Source: Ginglymostoma cirratum (Eukaryota). Taken from it: a stretch of 64,000 nt of DNA. Position numbers and translations under genes: made by a program. Under the pieces are notes generated by a model that saw only the letters and a program-made list of their open reading frames with translations, did not search any database and was not told the DNA's origin. Below, one piece after another: positions 12,952 to 26,354 of this stretch; position 1 is the first letter of the stretch, and every line of letters starts with the position of its first letter. The DNA lies in the NCBI GenBank assembly GCA_024137785.1, contig JAHRHZ010000059.1, positions 26,378,559-26,442,558 on the forward strand. The letters are read 5' to 3'.

Positions 12952-15900
12952 AGTATTTTAGCCACTTGATCAGAGCTGAAAAGCTGCAGAGATCTCCCTG
13001 AGAGGGCAAAGGGCAGTTGGATGAGGGGTTGACTCAGGCATAATTGGATGATGCATGTTACAGGGCAGTTGTATGAGAGCTAGAGTGAAAATTCAAGGCT
13101 GACATTAAACTGGAGAATGTGACGTCCTATGACAGAAGGTCCCCTGGCAAGAGAAGATACAAGCAGCAGCACATTTGGAGATTGCTGAGTACACTTTGTA
13201 AATGATGGATGGCAGTGTATCTCAACGCTGATCCTTGTGGAACATCACACCCAAACTCCGACTAATCTGAATAACTAAGGACATTACTGCCGTTCTTATT
13301 TCTGTTGGATTAACAGTTTGTTGTAGTTGCACCAATTTCACAGTAGCAACTGCAATGTAGGTAGTTTCCTGTGACACCTAAAGGTGAGAAAAGGATGCAA
13401 AACAACAGCAGAATCAGAGGAAGGAGGAAGGAGAGAATCAGAAACAGAAGGAGGAAGAGGGGAAGAATCAGGAAAGAGCTTGATTGGAGCGATAAGGATT
13501 GAGGAAGCGTTTCAAGAGAATTGGACATGTAATAGGAATAGAATTGCTCAGCATACTCAACCTGAACACAGTGGCTGTTTCTGAGGAAGAATACTGCTGC
13601 CAGGTTTGAAAGTGATGGGAACACATTTCATGCAGATGGAGCCAGTAACAAGGTCATCGAGCTTTAAGGCAAGGACAGGTAGCTAAATGATCAGGAGTTG
13701 GCAGGGAAGACAGTCAAGGTCACAGAAATTGGGTCTCACACAGCAGACACAGTTGCATTTGTCTGAACTGAACTGAACTGTATCAGGTTATTAACATGAA
13801 ACATACATAATATACGTTGCAAATAAAAACTTAAGACCTTATCATCCAATGACACTGATACCAAAATCAGGTAACATAATAAGATTGCATGTACCATGCA
13901 CACTTGGAGCTCCTACTGAAGTTCCATTAACCAAAAGGTAATGTGCTTTGACTAGAATAATAAATGCAGTTTCATATCACATGACTCGATGAAGGTTTAT
14001 CATATGAAGCTTAAAATAACACCCACACCCTGTGAATCATCAGCAGCTAATTCACAAATCTGTCCAGTAACCAGAGGCGTATTGCGTTTACTGTATATAA
14101 ACAGATTTGATTTCTGCATTTACACATTGATACATGTCACATTGCACAGGCCGTGCCTGTCTGTCATCATTAATTGTTTTCTGCCTAAAGATTCTCCAAA
14201 CCAAATTCCCCATTAACCAATGATTCTACAAACTAAAAGAGAACAAAATAAAATTTTGCAAAATAAGATGACGAACTGTCTTTATGCTTGGAAAGTATCA
14301 TAATTTAATGAAAGGAAAACTGGTTATATATAATTCCATTTACGTTAATGGTAGCTGGTATGGTAATGGCAATGCTGTAGCTGCTACTGTATTTTAATTG
14401 ATAAAACAAAAATGGGTTCTTCAATAAAATATTTTCTAAAATTTCCCTCAATTTACATTTTTCTTGCTACATAATTTGCCACACACTATGTGTCATAGAA
14501 ATCTTGTAATTTCCCAAGGCTAGGGGATTAGTATAAATCATAATCTTAATGCTACACTTAACAAGCTAGTTATGAGCTAACAAAGTGTAAATGCCAAGTC
14601 ATAATTTTAATAGCTGAGCTCTTCTGTTTTAAGTCAAATTAAGGATCAAATATTCTGATTGAGACTCACTAAAATTGGCATGTCACTCTCTTGATCTCTT
14701 GTTAGACCAGACATAAGTAAAAATGTGTCACAAGTTAATTTAATTGCTTTTGTAAGCTGATAAATAATCACAGGTAATAGGCTTCCCCTTGAAGATATGA
14801 TGCGTTTATTTTGTGATTAAAATATTTTAGAGCAGCATTTTAAAAGTCCCGTCACTTTCATATACAGTCATGAAGAAAGTGGTGTGTTAGTTTGTTCTGA
14901 TAAAATTTCATCATTTTCATACCCTCATTTCCCGAAGTCAAAATAAGTAAAACTTGAAAATAAAAAAATTGCAATTCTGTCATAAATTAGAAGCGAATGA
15001 AATAATTTACAACATGGACACCTGTACCTTAGCAAGCAAATTATGATGAGCATGCCCAGCCAAATTTTGTAAAATGTAACAAGAAAGCCTACAGAAAACA
15101 GTTGAAACAAACCTGCATACACCACTTTATATAACACAATTGTTACAGTGAATGCACAGAACTCATTTTAAACAACTGTTCTCTATAAATAAATCCGCCC
15201 TCCACTTTAACTTCAGTCTGTTCAAATAAGGTCTACACAGCTGTGTAGTTCCTGTTTCCTGGCCAACTTTACCTGTGCAGCAGAATTCACATCTACCACC
15301 AACGTGGTTAAAACTCAAATTCACTGTTCATTATGGTAACATCACTCATTCATAACCATTTTAATTTGTGCATTGTTCACTGCTGCTAAACAGAAGCTAA
15401 ACCCAAATTCCTGCCAAATGAAAGCAACCCTTTGAAATCTAAGAGTTAAAGAAAAAGTACTTAGGAAAGTGTTTGCTCACCGTTGGGAAATTATGTCACC
15501 TTGAGATATACAGTGCAGATACGGACAACCTACAACCCCATTGATTTACATCTTTAACTAGCAAGAGGCTGGTAGGAATGATTCCAATGGGATGTTGTTT
15601 AGCCATAAAGGTTACTATGATTTTAACCAGCCGCCATGCTGGAGTTGGTTGAAATAGTAGAATGACATGTATTTGTGTTTTTGTTACCAAATTAGACAAA
15701 CTTAGCACAAGCTCTGGAACACGGTTTTGGATTAAAGCAGAATATTAAGAATGAAGTTTTGGGTTGATGGAAGCAGGCCCTTTTAGACCTAGTGAAAGCT
15801 TTATTCTAGGATGGTGTGCTCTCTAGGGCAGATTACTTTCCAAAAGGCAGCCTGAAGCTATTTTTCTTGTCATATGCTGCTATGTAAGCTTTACATATAC

Positions 15901-17429
15901 AACATAAATTGTTTTCTCTCTTTCTGTTATTTTAATTATCGCCCAGTATTTTCAACATGTACCTGATAATAACCAGATGTGATCAGTGTACCATGAAGCA
16001 TTGTGCTGTGTGCAACCTTCCACAGTGTGTGACAAAATGTAGAAATGTTGAACAAAACTTGATTTTCTGGACAACGCTTCAAAGAATAAATTCTATAAAG
16101 TGTAATGCAATACTTTTTAAGTAATTACACTTCAAGTGTTTTGCTATTTTACTTTTCATTCAGAAATAAAACAATTGATGTTCCACGATAGAATTTAAAA
16201 CCTATTTAAAAACTATGCTTTGTTCCCTCAATATCACTTCTCTGCTGGAAGAGGTAGAAGTCAATAGATTAGTTATTATAAAATTTTGCTAATATGAATA
16301 AATGTAGAAGGATTTCATTCATTTTCCATTTCAACTCACTAAAAGAACATCTTCTGGAAGTATTTGGTAAAATTTTAGGACCCATGTTTGGTATTTTTAG
16401 ATTCCAGATTGTTGCAAACCGTATGGAGATAAAATGTGAACCTTTAAAATCAAGTACTCTCATGTACAAGACAGCATCAGTGATCCAACAGATAACAAAT
16501 GCATTGAAAGAAAAATAAAACACAAGCTAAAGAGATTGAGATTTTGTATCAATAGCTTTCATTTAGTAAGCTACAGTTCTGCATTGTCAGTTTAAAATTA
16601 AGGAATATCTGAAATGAGAAAGAAAAACTCTCTATCCCATATAGACTGCTCCCTTTCGTAGACTGCACAAAAATTGTAGCATAGACCATAGACTCTTCTA
16701 AACTCATATAATTTCCTGGTAGTGAGTTATGACAAGTAGAACATCCACAGTCCACAATGAAAATACGACAAAAAATAAATGTTTGCTTAGTAATATCATA
16801 TATATCATTCAACACAGTGCCATATACAGAACTGTGAGGCTAGTTACAAGGCAAAATTTATGTGACATTGTTATGTTATTTCATTTGCAATAAATAAACG
16901 CAATATTAAAGGGAAAATTATGCAAATTGGGGGAAAACAGCATCTAAGAACGGCATCTGTCAGAATGTTTATTTATTGTATTTTGCTCCCTGATTAGACT
17001 TCAGATTAAACTGTTAATTGAATAGTAATGTTAACGTAATGTGTCTACTTGAAAAAGATTGGTAAAGCAAACTTTTATTTAAGATCAGTACATTTATTTT
17101 AATTGTTGCTTTTTTTTATTTTAAAACATTGTTTATCCTCCACAAGCTGTCACAAAGTAATAATGCTGGCAAAGATTATTAAGGAGTAACTGTAGACTGA
17201 GCTTTAACCTACTCAGACAGTACAGACTGAACACATCTGTAGTAGTGACAGCAAAATACTTGCAATTTACAACACAGCCAACTGCAAATTACAGTAAAGA
17301 ACATTTCACATTGCCGTATTAACTACTTCAAAGTGCACACTTCATTTTAAAAATGTTAAATTGAAATGTTTCCATTTTGTTCCCAACACTCAGAGGTTTT
17401 AAATAAAAGAGGAAGTATATGGACAATCC

Positions 17430-18295
17430 ATCCACCTTATACTATTCCTGAAGTCCCCACCACCACAGATACCAGGCTTCAGCTAATTCAATTCACTCCA
17501 AGTCAAGTCAAGAAATGTTCGTGCACACAACATAGAACAAAAGTTATGGATCCTGAAAACATCCCAGCTGCAGTACTGAAGACCTGAACACCAGAGTGTC
17601 TGACAGCTTCTCTTTGTCATTCGGTGGCATTACCATCAGTAAATCAACCACCATCAACATACTGGATGTTACCATTAACCAGATACCAAACAGACGAAAC
17701 ACACAAATGCTGTGACAACATAAGCAGATCAGAAGCTGGGAATTCTGCAGTAAGCAACTCACCTCCTGACTCCTCGAAATCTATTGGTAAAATGGCACAA
17801 GTCAGAATGGAATACTATCCAACTGCCTGGATATGTGTAGCTCCAACAACACTCAAGATGTTTGGCACCATCCAGGATAAAGGAAACCGTTTAACTGGCA
17901 CCTCATCCACCACCTTATACATTCGCTCACTCCAAAGCTTGAATTGTGTGTCCCATTTACAAGATGTACTCCTGCAATTCACCAAATCATCTTTGACAGC
18001 ACCTAAAAGAAAAACTCACCATTTCCTATCAACTAGAAGACCAAGTCCAGCAAATACATGGGAACACCACTGCCTGAAAGACCCTCTCAAGCCACACCAT
18101 CCTGATTTGAAAACATATTGAAATGCTCTATCATTGGGTCAAAGTCCTTAAACTTCCTTCCCAACAGCACTGTGAGGATACATGCACCACACAGACTGCA
18201 GTAGTTCAAGAGGGCAGCTCACCACCACATTCTCTAGGGCAATTAGGGATGGGCAATAAATGTTGGCCCATCCAACAAAATCTAAAATCCCATGA
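17430..18295 (+). mobile_element. CR1-clade (Zenon-like) LINE 3' fragment
   Basis: Decayed ORF with AQVR.MEY motif; 3' end TTCAAGAGGGCAGCTCACCACCAC...GGGCAATTAGGGATGGGCAATAAATG. Confidence 0.7.
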
Positions 18296-20844
18296 GTAAC
18301 TTAGCTATGTGCATTAACTCAGAATATGACCCGATTACAACAAAGAACAAATGTACAAAAGCCATCGGCTAAAAACAAAAATCAATATTGAAATGCGATG
18401 AAAAAATGTGGGCCAGCTTTACTGTTACAAAGTGACACATATGTATACAAATACAGAATGACTAGACAAATATGTTTTGCACCAAACTAAATACTAATGG
18501 TTAATCCAATGGGTCGGTTTTTCACAGTGTTGTAAAATTACCAGCTTAAATATTTTTACAAAAAATAGAGCTTCCATTATCAGGAACTGCACCCTCTAAT
18601 CATTAGGCACAACTCCATAGAAACAAAAACAAAAATCTCAATTAAACTGAGAAACATCCAACCCAGAAATTCTTAAACAGTTTTACAACATTGTGCAATT
18701 GTAATCAAGCACATCACTAATGGGGTGAAAGGTTGCTGAAATATCCCGTATCGAGAGAATACGACTCCATCATCTGCCAACTAAATTACTATATACAAAT
18801 TTGGTTTTCTACGATACAAAATACACAAGTTAGGTCCAGAATATACTTTATTCATAAGCATTTTTATTTCAAACTTATAGCAGCCAGCATGCGTTAACCA
18901 AACCACAAATAGACTAGTACCACATCAAACAATGAAACTACCAGATATAACACCTTTGTGACTTATACACCCAGGTCCAATCACAAGAGAACCAACCTGC
19001 CTCCCTCCTAAAACACATATATATAGCTCGAGTAACAGTTTTAAACAGTCACAAGCCACAATATGTCTTGTTCTGTCCATAAAATTGTTGCAATCTATAA
19101 ATTCAATTCACTAATATTTACTATTTGATACACTATAGTACTTTTTAGCTTTCACCTCAAACAAGTTATCAAACGTCACATGAAATTTAGAGCAAAACTC
19201 CAGAACAGCACAGTAATTAAAGATCTATTTGTAATTAAGAGATTAATAGTTCAGTTGTGGTCATCTCTCCAAACCCCAGACATATTCACTGGGCAAAGAA
19301 TCTAAAGACAGAGCAACAGATACAATATTGCAAACAATTGGTGTAACTTTTAATTCAACGTAGAAACATAGATTTTGATTGTTTCAGCAATGTGCATTAA
19401 TTTCACAATTAGCCTTGTATCAAAGTCAAAAAGTGGAGAGCAAGAGAAAAACAGAAATTTAATGAGATCTCTGCTCTTCTACCAACTATTATGAGCAAAG
19501 TTTCTTAGTGAGAGATTTGACAGCGTTTTTTGCGACATGATTTAACTAAATTATACAAAATAAAACTGAGACAAGGCAATCAAAAAATGCATAATAAAGA
19601 TAACGCAAAAAAACACATGTCCATTCAGAAGACACTTAAAATTGGAACAATATTTGAACACTTAACACCAGAGCCAAGAACTGTTTGGAATTATTTGTTA
19701 TCAACATGAGATATTTTTATGAGGATTATTTTATGTTTTCCTTTGAAACATACAAGGACTGCTAAATTTGGCAACTTCTGATTTTTATTTTTGTACAGTA
19801 GGAATTAGGCTTGGGGGTTTTACATGAACTCCAGAAACTACAAATCCACACTTATTCTGCAAGTCCTGATGAAGCAAATACTAACTGGACCAAAGCAGGT
19901 GATGTGACTCTGCCCTTGAACAGAGGCTGGTCAAAGCACTGACTTTAATTCACAAGAAATTAAAGGGAGAGGTTTAGAGTATTTTAGTGCTTAGATTAAT
20001 TCTTGAAATTGCTATTAGTTTTTTTTAATCAATTGCTATTTTAAATCATTTATATCAGTAAAGTTAGCGACACACCCAGCGCAAAATAAACTTTGTTTCA
20101 AAAGATACGTAGCTCTATTAAAATTCTCTTCATTCCTGAAATTATACCCCGCTTTCCAACATTCCATTATGGAAGATACTTTAGACAGAATCTGTTATCT
20201 ATTCCCTTCCCAATAATGAACAGTAAGTTGCAAAATTCCACATACTTTTTAGGTCATGATCATTGAAATCGGTCACCACCCTCTCTATAACATCACATAC
20301 CCAGCATGCCTGCTGTATACGAACCCAGAAACTCACAAATAGTTAGAGAAATACAACCACTAACTAATTGTGCCGCATGGGTTTTATTCTTAACGCTTCG
20401 GAGAATTGGAGTTACTGGATTGCATTTTCCATTCTCCGAAGAATATGTAAATCCAATTTGCGTACAAAATCGCAAAGTAATGTTCATAATTAGAGCATCT
20501 TTTATCTGGTTAACACCTACTTCGATAGATCCAACTGGGTAGCGTTGCGACAGTTTTCTCAGTCGGAAACGATAGCTATCTTAGCAGTTTATGTCTCACA
20601 CAAAGCACCGGCTTTTCCAGGACACACTGACACCGCGCCACTTGTACAAAGGCAGCAAGGGCCGAGAGAAGCCAGTCTGTCTCCAGCAGGAGCTAGTTCC
20701 TAGGGACATGGTGGCAGGGGGTAGGGGAACTGCGACAAACCCGGGGAAAGTGCGAGCAGGCGGCTGGAGACAGAAATGGCCCCGGGGGGAATTGCTCAGG
20801 GCACAGCATGCACTCACGCCAGTCTCATCCGGCAGGGCCCGGGC

Positions 20845-21180
20845 ACATGACAGTGCCAGGTCGTATCAGAATGGGCATGGTGAGCGTCATGTGACAGTGC
20901 CAGGTAGTGTGAGAATGGGTATGGTGAGGGTCATGTGACAGTGCCAGTCAGTGTAACAATGGGCACCATGAGGGTCATGTGACAATGCCAGTCAGTGTAA
21001 CAACGGGCACGGTGAGGGTCATGTGATCGTGCCAGTCAGTGTAACAATGGGCACGATGAGGGTCATGTGACAGTGACAGTCAGTGTAACAATGGGCACGG
21101 TGAGGGTCATGTGACTGTGCCCGTCNNNNNNNNNNGAGGGTCATGTGACTGTGCCCGTCAGTGTAACAATGGGCACGGTG
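20845..21180. repeat. 44-bp minisatellite, at least 7-8 units, with a 10-N gap at 21126-21135
   Basis: GAGGGTCATG recurs at 20926, 20970, 21014, 21058 and 21102. Unit is about GAGGGTCATGTGACAGTGCCAGTCAGTGTAACAATGGGCACGGT. Confidence 0.95.
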
Positions 21181-23876
21181 AGACTAAAGACTCCCAATGA
21201 ATGAGGTTGGCACGGGCACTCCGTGGGCAAGGCTCAGCGGTGTGAGGGAGTGCAATGTCAGCTGGTTTCTAGCCGTCTCCACAACTTAGAAAACAGCCAA
21301 TGAAGAACAGAGCTGCCGGCCAATAACTGAGAGAGGGAACAAAACTATCCAGAGCGTTCTTCAAAACGTCTCCTGGCTCTGTGGCATCGTTTGGGAAAGA
21401 GGAATGGAAATCTGGCCAGCAGGCAATCCGCTTCCCATCCTGGATAGGAGTAATTGCAACAGGAGCTCAGCAACTGAGTCCTCACGCCCCGTCCAGGGAC
21501 GGTGTCGCTTCTACACCAACGCTGGCCTCAGGCAGAGCTCTTTCTGCTTTTTCCAACTACTCTTTCCAGACGATTCTTAACGGGCCAAGTGTTTGTTGTT
21601 AAATGTTCAGTGGTGAGGTCCGAAACTGGGTCAACTCCATTCCGGAGTGGCCGCAGAGTCTGTCAGAGCTTGGAGGAAGGGATGAGTCCGGAGTCTATAA
21701 TAACACCAACATCTCACTCCCCTCCCCCGCGCCACCCGCCTCCCAATCCTCCCAAGAAATCCCAGCCCGAACAAGGTTACAGAGCAAACCCCAAACTGGG
21801 ACAGTAACTGAGTGCCACAGCCAAGCACAGAAGTAAAAATGTGTAGGCTCCAAACAAATTACATTTCCTTTTTCTTCTGACATTGCTGTGAGATGTTTTC
21901 AGTTCAGTTCATTTGATTATATTTTTGCCAGAGGGTAGATATTAAAAATACATCGAAGATGGGATAATCTAGTGAAACTACAGCGCTAATATCACCAATC
22001 AGAACCTAATGGGAAGGAGAGAGCTTTCAGGGTTTTGTTTTTAACAGACAAGATCGAAGAGTGCTTTTTTCTCTCAAAGTTAGCAGTATTTTTTGCGTAA
22101 ACTTTTCTTCATAAATACTCGTGAAATCGAAGCCACAAAATATAAATAAGCCTGATTTCTGCTTTTGGCGGACAGCGAGAACAAAAAACTGAGGAAGTGT
22201 TCTCTGAGTAGGAAGGGTAGGAATCTTCGCTTTAGTTAAAACTAGAGGGTTAATTACTGCTCCCCTAAGCAGTACGTAGCTATAACGTTTTGTGTGCAAA
22301 TACACTGCAAATACATTGTTCAGGATTTTAACCAGTTTTAATTTGAACACGTGGGAATGAAACGCCCCTTCAGAGTTGGAATTCGGTGCAAAATTTGAAC
22401 CTGTTTTTCAAAAAAAAAATTCCTCCACATCCGTGGAACATAATGCACAAGTAATCCCACTGGATCTGAAATCACTCGTTTAGGAATATTGTCCATCTCC
22501 TTGTGATTCGGGGAATGCGAGGAAACTGATGTATTTTCCAGGTACTACCCCCGCACCTTCCCCCCCAAGTCCTGAAGCGGTCAGTTTCTCCCTCTGCAAC
22601 TGTCCCACAAGTTTTCACTCTCAATAAGAAATGAAGGAGCTAGTCCTGACAGTAACCTTACGATGTAATTCCTCAGACAGCGCTCTGTCACTCCTAGGTA
22701 TTTACAAACAATATATAACTATACCCTTTTTTCCCGCAAATAGCCTGCGTCTGTGCAGGATTTTAACCGGTTTAATTTGGAAACGTGTGTGAATGAGATT
22801 CCTGTTCAGAGTCTGATCATCGAAGAGTTTATCTGCATGATCTTTTTTAAACGACAAGCACAGAGATAGAGAGAAAACAGATTTATCAGATTTTGAGAGC
22901 TGGGACTACCTCATGGGTTCTGCACATCTTGCTAATTTACCCTTTGCTTTTAAAAATGTTGTGACCCTCTCATGCTGTTTTTGGGGTGTGAGGAGTAAAT
23001 GTATTTCTAAATATCACGATGTGGGAGCGGCGGGGTGTGGGGGAGAGGAGTTTGTGCTTAAAAGTGCTGGCGAGGGTGTCCTGTCTCCGTGTGGGACCGC
23101 AATCAAATCAGAATGAGCGGTCAGCGGGACCAGCTGCCTCTCTCGCTGTTTCTCGTCCCGTTCACCAAGGGGGAGCAGTAAATGTCAGGGATTCCCTGTG
23201 ATCACTAGGATCCCTCCATTCCCCCACTCCCCTCACACCCTCAGCAACTGCCTTTCCTCCAAAACAAAACCCTCCCCAAATCTCAAAGCGGCGGGAGGGA
23301 GCTAGTACCGCGTTCCCAAAGCGCCGGCTCCTTTCTGTAGTGTCTGCCCGGATCGAGTGCGCTCTGGCCGGCCGCCGGCGCGACACGCTCCCGCCCTCCC
23401 TTCTTCATCTTTAAACCGAGCCGCTGCTACAGATAGAGTCTGAGAACAACTCACTCACCCCACCCCAGGAATCTACACTTCCTTTAACAAAAAACAAATC
23501 CAAAACAAAGTTACCGATTGCCAAATTCCACCTCGTTTTTCAGTTAAAAGTGTTAAGCGAGATAGATGCGGAACTGAGAAAAATGCTTTATCTGCCGAAG
23601 TTCATACAGAATCGGCCCCACAGCGGCCAGAGTTGCTAGCTTCAGTCTTAACCAGGCGAAAGGCAAAATTCTACCCCTTTCTCTGTCTCTCTCCGCACAC
23701 CCCTATATCACAAACACCACCGTCTCAAATACCATTTAGCTCAGCGCCAACCGCTTGTATTATTTAGTTTTTAAAAAAGGCTCGTCTACAGCAATGTCCT
23801 GAAGGAAACAAGATGTAAAACGACAACGAGAAGGTAAAAGAAAAACATAACCGGGTGAACTTTACAACCATCAGTC

Positions 23877-23942
23877 CACACACACACACACAGGCAGACA
23901 GAGAGAGAGACACACACACGCATATACATACATACACACGAC
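23877..23942. repeat. Compound (CA)n/(GA)n microsatellite in intron 6
   Basis: cacacacacacacacaggcagacagagagagagacacacacacg... Confidence 0.85.
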
Positions 23943-24102
23943 AGAAAAACCACCATGCACTCTGTAGGCTGCAATACATAATGTCACATATTCTTTCTGA
24001 CTGAGATTCAAAGCGCTCTTGACAATATGCGAATAACCAGCAGGCACACAGCTACAGTAGGTATTCCGTGTTCCCCCAAGCAGGACTGAACTCTGTCCGT
24101 AC

Positions 24103-24255
24103 CTGATCTGTGATATTAACTGACGACGACCTGGTGATCTCCTCGTTGTCCGATTTGGAACCGCCTTCTCTCTCATCAATAACTAGGTCAATGGGCATTT
24201 TTCCTTTCAAGCAGCTGATGTACCGGTGGCAAAAATTGTCACATAATTCGTGCAC
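24103..24255 (-). CDS. meis1: Meis1 exon 6 (153 nt; [51 protein letters not shown])
   Basis: TGTAG acceptor and CAG|GTACG donor. REGGSKSD...TDQ is MEIS1-type. Downstream exons were not found in the window. Confidence 0.95.
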
Positions 24256-25219
24256 CTACAATTGGACGACGATGAGAAAATAATGAAGAACAATACACTA
24301 AAAAAAATATTTTTTTCAAAAAACAAAAAATAAATTGTAACACTCTAGTAGAAGGGACAGGTCCAGCTCAGGTCTGTGTGACGCGAGGTTCCCAATAGTT
24401 GGAAGCACTTGTGAATTTCCCCCCAGAGACACACGCATCAAGAATTTGGAATAACCAACAAAATAGAGATATCGGTACAAAATTGACAGTGACAAGATGA
24501 TTCACAGCTACAACGCATTCAACACCCATGTTAAATTTGCCTGCTCCCGGGGCTGTGCCCATTAGATGTCCGACCCGCATGAATGACATTTAAGGTAAAC
24601 AGTTTAATTTCGTCTCGTCATTTCATTATAAACTCCGAACAATTCCGAGAAAAAGGGGATGTGTAGGATTCGACTGTGACACAGATAAGCACTGCTCAGG
24701 TCTTCAACAAGTAAATATGTCTTGGGAGATTCCAGCCATGGTAAACTACAATGCTCACACTTCTTGTCACACCCCACCCCCCTCAGAAATACAAGTTCGA
24801 TTTGTCTATTAGATTTGATTAAAATATTCCTCGCAGACTAACAGGACAAAATATTATGATTTCCCGTCTAATGAGTCAGAATCGGCAGATTGTTGACATC
24901 TTTAGATCATTTATAACGTGTGGACTCGATGGGGGGAAGGGTGGGGAGGGGAGAGAAAGAGGATTTATGTTTTTGTTTTAAAAATGGAGCTGATCAAAAT
25001 TAAATCCCACAGCGAGATTAAAATGAACAAAACGGCGGGGCGTTTGTGGTCAGGGGTTTTAGTGGAATGAATTGTAATGAAAGGGCAAGAAAAATGTGAG
25101 GCAGGATTGGCTTTGACAGTAATTGCAAAGAAGCCAGAGCAAGAGACACATGCAAATACTGGTCGCACCGAGTGGCTAATGTCTAATACCATCCAGCCGC
25201 CAGAAGAGGAGGTAGTTAC

Positions 25220-25270
25220 CTTCTCTAACTCCAAAAGGTGAAACCTTAACACTTGTATGGCTTGAATCAT
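25220..25270 (-). CDS. meis1: Meis1 exon 5 (51 nt; MIQAIQVLRFHLLELEK), PBX-interacting HM2 motif
   Basis: TTTCAG acceptor, AAG|GTAAC donor, and an invariant MEIS/Homothorax peptide. Confidence 0.96.
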
Positions 25271-26354
25271 CTGAAAGGAAACAGGTAAAACATCTATTAG
25301 CAGCCGGAAACGCACGGGCCTGGGGGAGGGGGCGCGGAGGCTGGGGAACTTCTTATCTTGCTCCCCATTTTTACAAATAGTTGCGATGGCAGCATCTTTA
25401 GTATTTCTTACATGTGTGCGTGTATGTGTTTGGGAGAGAGGTGGGAGGCACGCTGGGGTTGGAGGGACTGCAAAAGTAGGCAAAAATCGTTCCTGTCTGC
25501 TCCTAAACCCACGCCCCCCCCCATACCGCTCCTCATGCCCCACTCCCCCACCCCCAACTCTCTCCAGCCTACTGAGAGCAAGGCCAAGTCTACATCAACC
25601 GCACAGGCATGGAACTCGGCCGACTAATGCACGCAAACACTTCCCTTTCTTTGAGACCGCCTAGAAATGCTGTAAACTTCTTTCCAACCTTTTAGTTTAG
25701 AAGAAAAGTAGAAAGAAGTCAGTTGTGGGGGGGGGGGGGGAGTGGCGAGGGGAAGGGGGTCAAAAAGATCTAGCATTTTAAAAAAAATTAGAGCAACTCC
25801 TTAAATTCATTAGGCCGGATTACTCCCAGCCACCAGAACCCCCCCTCCCGTCCCCACACATATACACCAACCCTTGTCTCTTCCTTCTCTCGCCCCTCTC
25901 CGTCCACCCTAGGCAACTTGGGAGACAGAACAGAACTCCGAACCTTAACGCACCGTCGCCGCGACCCAAAATTTCACTACCCAGGCCAAAAAGCGAAAAT
26001 TAAATGAAATATATATATATGTAAAAGAATCACGCATCGTCTTCAGTGGAGTGACAGCCATACAATAACCGAGTTGTGATGGTTATCGCTCCTGTCATTG
26101 CTATCGGAAAATCAAAAAAAAAACGCACATTTGCAATGGATTGTAACGATCGCTTTTTTTTCCTCCTTGCTCTCTCTCTCACTGCTTTCCCCCAAATATG
26201 CGGCTACGCTAAACTGACAATAGGTGCCGACCCATCTCCCAAGAAGTCCTGACAATTTGCCACTATAAATATATATTTGCTTTGGTTCAGTGGAAACGCT
26301 TTTACGAGTTTCTCTACAGCGACTTCCCTCTACTGAACAGGCGGTCAGGCTTAC

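Noticed and set aside
13764-13779. TGAACT-4-TGAACT (DR4-like nuclear receptor element)
   Set aside because: Generated by a (CTGAA)n 5-bp microsatellite.
19866-19872. Isolated CTGATGA motif (also on the minus strand at 55458-55464)
   Set aside because: No helix II followed by GAAA, so not a hammerhead.
20845-21180. CRISPR-like appearance of the 44-bp array (also the 16-bp array at 52265-53122)
   Set aside because: Contiguous tandem units without unique spacers, no cas genes, vertebrate context.
1-24102. Meis1 exon 7 (PSWNRDHDD-like) and homeodomain exons
   Set aside because: Not found by eye or in the ORF track; they probably lie beyond the left edge. A tblastn would confirm.
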